Shown piece after piece: positions 35,063 to 40,271 of a stretch of 40,271 nt of DNA. The position numbers were made by a program, and so were the translations under genes. The notes beneath the pieces were generated by a model. That model saw only the letters and a program-made list of their open reading frames with translations, was not told the DNA's origin and ran no database searches. Origin of the DNA: a virus (Duplodnaviria > Caudoviricetes). Position 1 is the stretch's first letter. Every line of letters begins with the position of its first letter. Where the stretch lies: positions 1 to 40,271 of IMG/VR virus record IMGVR_UViG_3300049070_000315; one strand, given 5' to 3'.

Positions 35063-35608
35063 TTACTGCGGCGGCGTACAGGTTTGAGAACCGCCAGCGT
35101 CCACGGTAACGGGACCGTTGCCGTTGTTCACCACAACTACAGTCGTCGTATTACCTGAGCACTGCGTCGTTGTGGTCGGCGCATAGATTGTTGTGATCGT
35201 GTTGACTATAGTTCTAATGACTGACGTGGCGGCGTCAATGAGGTCTTTGATTTGAAAGTAGCTAACTTCAGGTTCGGATATGATTATGATCTCTCCACTA
35301 ATTGGACCCGAAGCATCCCGGCCAGTGATACGAACATGAGCGATGGGACCGCTCACGCCGGTCACCTGAGCACGTATGCCGGGTTGAACTTCCCACCCTC
35401 GCAGCAGGTCAGGTCTTTCTCGGATCGCCCTTGAAAAAGACGAGTTGCTTCGTTCAGCGCGAGCTACGTCAGTATTTGCCACGGCATCTTGGCCAACCGG
35501 CCTCCTGGCCTGTGCGTGCGCGGGCCAGACTGTTGCTGTGTTCACCAGTAACAAGGACAGCATAGCCGCTGTTCCGCGCTTGATCCAATCACTGAGCTTC
35601 ATCTCCAC
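35063..35608 (-). CDS. Secreted hypothetical protein (cargo)
   Basis: Signal peptide ending PAHA-Q, Thr-rich C-terminus with two Cys; lower GC; GGAGG upstream of ATG 35602. Confidence 0.6.
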   Translation of the reverse strand: MEMKLSDWIKRGTAAMLSLLLVNTATVWPAHAQARRPVGQDAVANTDVARAERSNSSFSRAIRERPDLLRGWEVQPGIRAQVTGVSGPIAHVRITGRDASGPISGEIIIISEPEVSYFQIKDLIDAATSVIRTIVNTITTIYAPTTTTQCSGNTTTVVVVNNGNGPVTVDAGGSQTCTPPQ

Positions 35609-36014
35609 CTCCCGTAAAGCATTGTCCGATCACTATTTCCTCGGCGTTGACGTCCCGCTCCGCCGGACGGACGCGCATGGCGTGCCGATGAAGTCGGCAG
35701 AAGCGAGTGGTGCGCAAAAGGGATCGCTGGTGGCTGCGATCATCAACTCCACGTTCTGTAGTTTGCAGCCGGGCGGGGCCGAACTAGGCTTGGCCCGATG
35801 CAAGGCCACGGCTCGTTTTCGACTCGCGCACCATGACGGTGCTCCGGCTGCAGCCGTTCGCCGCCGTCGGGACGTAGGCGTCGTTACAGGTCTGATTGTT
35901 CTTGTACTTCATGTACTTCCTGCAGCCACGGCCCGGGATTCACGGCCTGACCTGCCCAGTCGTTCCTCACGATCTGTAGTTTGCCGGCGCGTCCATCTGG
36001 CTTAACCATGAAGC

Positions 36015-36701
36015 ATGCACCGCTACGGTTCGTTCTGTCCCGTCGCCAAAGCGTCCGAGATCCTGTCCGAACGCTGGACGTTGCTGGTCCTGCGCAACAT
36101 CTGTCTCGGCGGCGCCCGGCGCTTTAACGACATCCTTGGCGGCGCGCCGAAGATGTCGCCCACGCTTCTGGCCAAGCGTCTGCGCATGTTGCGCGATCAG
36201 GGCGTGATCGAGTTGAGGCCCGCCGCCACCGGCCGCGGCTGGGAATATCATCCCACAAAGGCCGGTGAGGATCTTATGCCGCTCATCGAGTTGGTCGGGC
36301 ACTGGGGCCAACGCTGGGTCCGCAGCAAGCTCATTCACAGCGAACTCGATCCGGCCGAACTCATGTGGTACATCCGCCACGTCAAACACGATCATCTGCC
36401 GCTTGGCCGCACCCTGATCGAAGTCGCGTTCACCGACGTGCGGCGCTTAAAGAGATGGTGGATCCTGATCGACAATGGAGCGGTCGAGCTTTGCATCGAC
36501 CATCCGGGCTTCGAGGTCGACATACTGATCACGACGAGTATTCGGCGCCTCGCGCAAATCTATATCGGGGATATATCTCTCTCGCGTGCGATAGCCCAGG
36601 GAAAGATCGAGGTCGAAGGCCCGCGGGAGCTGATCGACGGCATGCCGAACTGGTTCGCCCGCAGCAAATTCGCCGACGACAATCCGATGAGCCCGGATTG
36701 A
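36015..36701 (+). CDS. HxlR-family winged-helix regulator with SCP2-like C-terminal domain
   Basis: YGSFCPVAKASEILSERWTLLVLR...RRFNDI...MSPTLLAKRL; CIDHPGFEVD. Confidence 0.85.
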   Translation: MHRYGSFCPVAKASEILSERWTLLVLRNICLGGARRFNDILGGAPKMSPTLLAKRLRMLRDQGVIELRPAATGRGWEYHPTKAGEDLMPLIELVGHWGQRWVRSKLIHSELDPAELMWYIRHVKHDHLPLGRTLIEVAFTDVRRLKRWWILIDNGAVELCIDHPGFEVDILITTSIRRLAQIYIGDISLSRAIAQGKIEVEGPRELIDGMPNWFARSKFADDNPMSPD

Positions 36702-36962
36702 GCATCAAGAGCGCGCCGCGCAGACGCGTTCCTCGACGACGCCACTTGCTCGCAGTGCGAGCACCCACGTGCTGATCAGCCCTTCGTCACTGCTCGCGAG
36801 TCCCAAGAGAAAGACCCGGCCAGCATCGAAAACTCGCGCCGTGCGGTCGCATACTGCATACTGCTGCGCAGGGTGTCAGCTGAGTTGCGTTACGGTTCGT
36901 GGGTCACTCAAAGCAAAGCGGGATAAGCTTGACGGCTAGGAGTTTGCATAGCCAAGCGGGCC

Positions 36963-37166
36963 ATGATCACGCTCTATCGCGTTTACCCAATCGACTGCGA
37001 CGGCGTCGCCTCGATGTATTTCACCGACCGCGTCAAGGCTGAACGCCACGCTGTGCAGGTCAGGCTCAAGTGGAAGGGCATAGCGGACGAGGTGACCGTT
37101 ACGCCCAGGCGCATCGCCCTCACAGCTGAGGCGATCTGCGCCGCGCTCAACGAAGTCGCCTCCTAG
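36963..37166 (+). CDS. Hypothetical protein
   Basis: 67 aa. Confidence 0.45.
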   Translation: MITLYRVYPIDCDGVASMYFTDRVKAERHAVQVRLKWKGIADEVTVTPRRIALTAEAICAALNEVAS

Positions 37167-37219
37167 TAACCACACACAACGAAGGGAAAGGCCCGGTCCG
37201 AGAGAACCGGGCTTTAAGC

Positions 37220-37567
37220 ATGTCTGCGAAACTGAAACTCGTCACTGCGAAGGAAAAGCTGGGTGAGCAGGCGTTTGCTCTGCACGCCCAGATAGAGAAA
37301 CTGAAGGATCGGCTCGCCGCGAAGAAGGCAGAGATCCTCGCCGCGGTCGGGGAGGGTAACTCGTTCGCCCTCGCGGACGGCCGGACCATTCAGATCACGC
37401 GCACGACCCAGGATCGGCCGAACGGCAAGATCGACCTGGTGCTCGATCCGGCCCGCTACGCACAACTGCCGGTATCGGTGCGTGCCGAAGTCGAGCGCCT
37501 GCGTGCCGTGACGCTTGAGCCTGGCCGGACCAAAGGCGTGGCCGCTCAGGTCCGACTTCTGCCGTGA
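37220..37567 (+). CDS. Hypothetical protein with N-terminal coiled coil
   Basis: 115 aa, GTGA coupling to the next gene. Confidence 0.6.
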   Translation: MSAKLKLVTAKEKLGEQAFALHAQIEKLKDRLAAKKAEILAAVGEGNSFALADGRTIQITRTTQDRPNGKIDLVLDPARYAQLPVSVRAEVERLRAVTLEPGRTKGVAAQVRLLP

Positions 37568-38214
37568 AGTACGGCGAAGCCCTCAAGCTCGTAGGTGGAC
37601 TTTCGAAACCATCGAAGATGCCTTGGTGGTCGTGGTCTATCTCCGCGAGCGAATGCATTACCGGTGGACGACTACAGGTAGTAGAAGGTTCCACTTGTAG
37701 CATGTGTTACGCGCTCAAGGGGAACTACGTGTTCCGGAACGTAAAGGAAGCACATGCTAGACGCCTGGAAGCGAGCCAGCATCCGAACTTCGTCGATGCC
37801 TTCGTGGTTGTGCTGACGAACCTGCACAACCTCACGCGCCAGAAACGTGGTGAATTAAGGGAAAATCGCTTCCGCTGGTTCGACTCCGGTGATCTACAAA
37901 GCGTCGAGATGCTCGAATCCATCAATCAGATCGCGCTGCGAACACCTCAGATCGACCACTGGTTGCCGACACGAGAGTTCGCATTCGTCAGAGATTTTCT
38001 GACCAAACACGGACATTTCGCGCCCAACTTGTTTGTTCGTCTCTCGGTGCCGATGGTAGGAGCCAAGCTCTCTCAGCAGCCACACGGTCTGCCGTACTCA
38101 ACGGTGGGATGTGATGAGATGCCTTGGACGTGTCCTGCCCTTAAGCAAGGAAATGTCTGCGGTGCTTGTGACAGGTGCTGGTCGCGCGAGAACATCAACT
38201 ATCCACTTCACTGA
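37564..38214 (+). CDS. GP88-like (radical-SAM-related, Cys-rich) phage protein
   Basis: GGLSKPSKMP, C...CSMCYA.KG.Y, FRWFDSGD, HWLPTRE, CGACDRCW. Confidence 0.75.
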   Translation: MKYGEALKLVGGLSKPSKMPWWSWSISASECITGGRLQVVEGSTCSMCYALKGNYVFRNVKEAHARRLEASQHPNFVDAFVVVLTNLHNLTRQKRGELRENRFRWFDSGDLQSVEMLESINQIALRTPQIDHWLPTREFAFVRDFLTKHGHFAPNLFVRLSVPMVGAKLSQQPHGLPYSTVGCDEMPWTCPALKQGNVCGACDRCWSRENINYPLH

Positions 38215-38216
38215 CA

Positions 38217-38471
38217 ATGAACATCAACGGCGCAACCTACGAACCGCTTTTGCATTCGACACGCACTGATTGGGGTACCTTCGACGTCGAAGAGTTGGAT
38301 GCGTCAATAATTTTTCCGGGACTGGAGCCACTCATCGAACGTCGTCTCGTGGGCACAACACCGGAGGTCATCATCGGGCAATCGCCCGATGGTCCGAGAG
38401 TGTGGATCAGAGCGGACTTGAGATCGGAGTTTCTGCCTGGCGGGGTTGAGAACAATGGCACTGACCAATGA
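38217..38471 (+). CDS. Hypothetical protein
   Basis: MNINGATYEP..., directly after the GP88-like gene. Confidence 0.5.
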   Translation: MNINGATYEPLLHSTRTDWGTFDVEELDASIIFPGLEPLIERRLVGTTPEVIIGQSPDGPRVWIRADLRSEFLPGGVENNGTDQ

Positions 38472-38664
38472 GGATAAGGTCCTCATCGAGCTTTGCGAAT
38501 GCCTAGCGGGTTACGCAGAGGTAGTAGCGGATCGGCATGACCTTCACGTCGTCGTGCCCGACGCCGTCAAAGTCCTAACGTCGGCTGAAGCGTTGCTGAA
38601 CGCCAAGGGGATGGATGTGCCGAAGGCAATGGCGCACCTCTTGCAGCGAGCTCGACAAACATAA
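38455..38664 (+). CDS. Hypothetical protein
   Basis: MALTNEDKVL..., overlaps the previous stop. Confidence 0.5.
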   Translation: MALTNEDKVLIELCECLAGYAEVVADRHDLHVVVPDAVKVLTSAEALLNAKGMDVPKAMAHLLQRARQT

Positions 38665-38694
38665 CAACTGAGCACGCCTCCACTTGGAGGCATC

Positions 38695-38877
38695 ATGTTG
38701 ATCACGACGAAGCAGGCGGCCGACAGGCTGAACCTGAAGGAGCAGACGCTGCGAGACTGGCGGACACGTCTCGATAACCCTCTCCCGTTCGTGAAGATCG
38801 GCCGGGCCGTTAAGTATGAGCCCGCTGAGATCGACGCCTACATCGCGCGCTCGCGAAAGGTGTCGACAGTGGAATGA
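38695..38877 (+). CDS. xis: Excisionase-type helix-turn-helix protein (AlpA/HTH_17-like)
   Basis: LITTKQAADRLNLKEQTLRDWR...PFVKIGRAVKY; GGAGG SD; ends 75 nt before the att site. Confidence 0.8.
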   Translation: MLITTKQAADRLNLKEQTLRDWRTRLDNPLPFVKIGRAVKYEPAEIDAYIARSRKVSTVE

Positions 38878-38951
38878 GAGTGGGCTAGTGGTGGGGCAGC
38901 CCACCAGGGAAGAGGCAAAAACTCCACGTAAACAACTCGATAGACGACTGT

Positions 38952-39006
38952 GAGCGCTGCCCTCCGAAGGCAGAGGTCACAGGTTCGAATCCTGTCGGGT
39001 GCGCCA
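38952..39006 (+). other. Prophage att site: 3' 55 nt of tRNA-Arg(CCG)
   Basis: GAGCG-CTGCC-CTCCGAA-GGCAG-AGGTC-ACAGG-TTCGAAT-CCTGT-CGGGTGC-GCCA has anticodon arm (CCG 38964-38966), T-arm, acceptor 3' strand and CCA; 5' acceptor strand and most of the D-arm are absent. Confidence 0.9.
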
Positions 39007-39016
39007 GCCGCTCTTT

Positions 39017-39067
39017 TGTACAGCCCGGACACATGGGTGACGGAACGTACCTGAGACATGGGTGACA
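39017..39067 (+). mobile_element. Isolated IS481-like terminal sequence
   Basis: Starts with TGT and has two copies of ACATGGGTGAC (39031-39041, 39056-39066); no transposase follows. Confidence 0.5.
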
Positions 39068-39260
39068 ACTCGGCCACCCGGTTGCGGCAACGGCTCCTCA
39101 CTTAGCTCAGTTCATCGGAAGCGAGCCGCGCGTCGCTGCTCAAATCGGGCGGGCGCCGCAACGATTGGTTAAAGCGCAACCTCTATGGGTGTGGCGTTGC
39201 TGGCGCCCACCTCCACGTGTTGGGCATGGCGCATGGCACGATGCCTGAGGAGGATTGCAC

Positions 39261-39557
39261 ATGAGCGACAACGCCGGACTGGCGGCTGAGGCCGTCGAGA
39301 CTGCGACTGAAGAAACCGTCGAGATTGCGGCTGAAGCGACCGAGGTTGCGACCGAGGAAGCCGCCGAAACCACGACCGAGGAAGCCGCCGCGCCGGCGAC
39401 CGAGGAAGCCGCCGAGGTTGCTACGGAGCAAGCCGTCGAACTTGCGACTGAGGCGACCGCCGAGGTTGCGGCCGAGGAGACCGCCGAGGTCGCGGCCGAG
39501 GAAGCCGTCGAACCTGCGGCTTCGGTCGAAGAACGCGTCCCGGAACTCGTCGGTTGA
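39261..39557 (+). CDS. Acidic Ala/Glu/Thr low-complexity repeat protein (outside the prophage)
   Basis: GAGGAGG SD; repeats of about 8 aa like AEVATEEA. Confidence 0.6.
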   Translation: MSDNAGLAAEAVETATEETVEIAAEATEVATEEAAETTTEEAAAPATEEAAEVATEQAVELATEATAEVAAEETAEVAAEEAVEPAASVEERVPELVG

Positions 39558-40271
39558 GCTGATCGGCAAGCGCCGAACAGGCAGCCAACGCGCTGCCTGT
39601 TTGGCGTGAGCCGTCGGTCGCATTCGACCGCTCCCGCGAACTAAACTAGCCACCCATCTCAACGCCGCGCACGCACGCGTCGACGCGTTCCGCGATGAGG
39701 GGGTGAGGCCCGCAACCGTTGACGTTTAGCCTCACGAGGCTGTCCTTCGTCGCCGCGCGAGCATGCGTCCGGATTAGCGCCCATTCCCGGGCGCTAGCGA
39801 GCTCGCGCGCGCTGCGCGCACTACGCCGCCGCGGCGCGCAAATCCGCGGATACAGCGGCCTCAATCCAGAGGATACGCGCGCGCGCGCGCTCCGCGAGAG
39901 CAGAACGCCGCAGAAACAAGCACTCCCACCTGCAAAATTAGGAGGATACGCGCCCGCGGATTCGACCGCGCTTGCGCTGGCGTATAATGCCTCCCATCGC
40001 TCCGCAGGAAGGCCAGTCGAGGTCAAAGGTTCGAACCCGATGCGAGAGCGATGTGACCGAGCGTGAGCGTCGATGCTTCCCAGACGATCGGGAAGGCGGC
40101 GCGGGAAAGCGAGCCTGCGGGGCCGTCCCCCGCATCGCCAGCGGAACCGCCGCCCGTATCGCATCGGCGCAGAAGCCCGCGGGGCATCAACCGCGGGAAG
40201 ACGCACCGGGAGGTCGTTTTCGAACACGACCCCCGCACGCCGCCGGCGATCCGCACCCGGGAGTGAAAGAC

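Larger units (their letters stand above)
1..39006. mobile_element. Integrated prophage (siphovirus-type), right part; continues beyond the left edge of the window
   Basis: Ordered terminase-portal-protease-capsid-neck-tail-tape measure module, primase-helicase, dense small early genes, and an excisionase next to a tRNA 3' fragment (att site). Confidence 0.93.

Noticed and set aside
38930-39006. Functional tRNA-Arg gene
   Set aside because: The 5' acceptor strand and most of the D-arm are missing, so it is treated as the att duplication.
1-39006. Integrase, CI repressor, lysis genes, DNA polymerase, reverse transcriptase/DGR
   Set aside because: None recognised in this window; some probably lie in the off-window part of the prophage.
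39290-39510. CRISPR-like or non-coding repeat array
   Set aside because: The repeats are degenerate, in frame and lack unique spacers, so they are coding repeats. No CRISPR array or cas gene was seen in the window.
39646-40271. Gene at the right edge (193-aa minus-strand ORF and overlapping ORFs)
   Set aside because: No recognisable motif or consistent coding frame; may be a degraded or partial host gene.

Overview
Bases 1-39006 are the right-hand part of an integrated, long-tailed (siphovirus-type) prophage in a high-GC bacterium, most likely an alphaproteobacterium given the GTTC-N7-GTTC LexA box. The minus strand carries a morphogenesis operon (1-11823): GpA-type terminase, portal, protease/scaffold, decoration protein, major capsid, neck genes, tail tube, frameshifted tail chaperones and the start of the tape measure gene. 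The plus strand carries a Prim-Pol/SF3 primase-helicase and a long early region of small genes, including rIIA/rIIB-like, NlpC/P60-like and GP88-like genes and an excisionase. The prophage ends at a 55-bp 3' fragment of tRNA-Arg(CCG), the att site. Cargo insertions include a Zn-ribbon/HEPN protein, a DUF3800 RNase-H-like gene with a convergent structured small RNA, an IS1595 remnant, a single-chain restriction-modification enzyme and an HxlR cassette. The strongest leads are the DUF3800 gene with its RNA, a tRNA-like four-way-junction element, 10-bp-phased repeats before three late genes next to an inverted tandem-RHH gene, and two AT-rich islands sharing an ATAGGAA motif. All family calls come from recognising motifs by eye; no database search or folding program was run.
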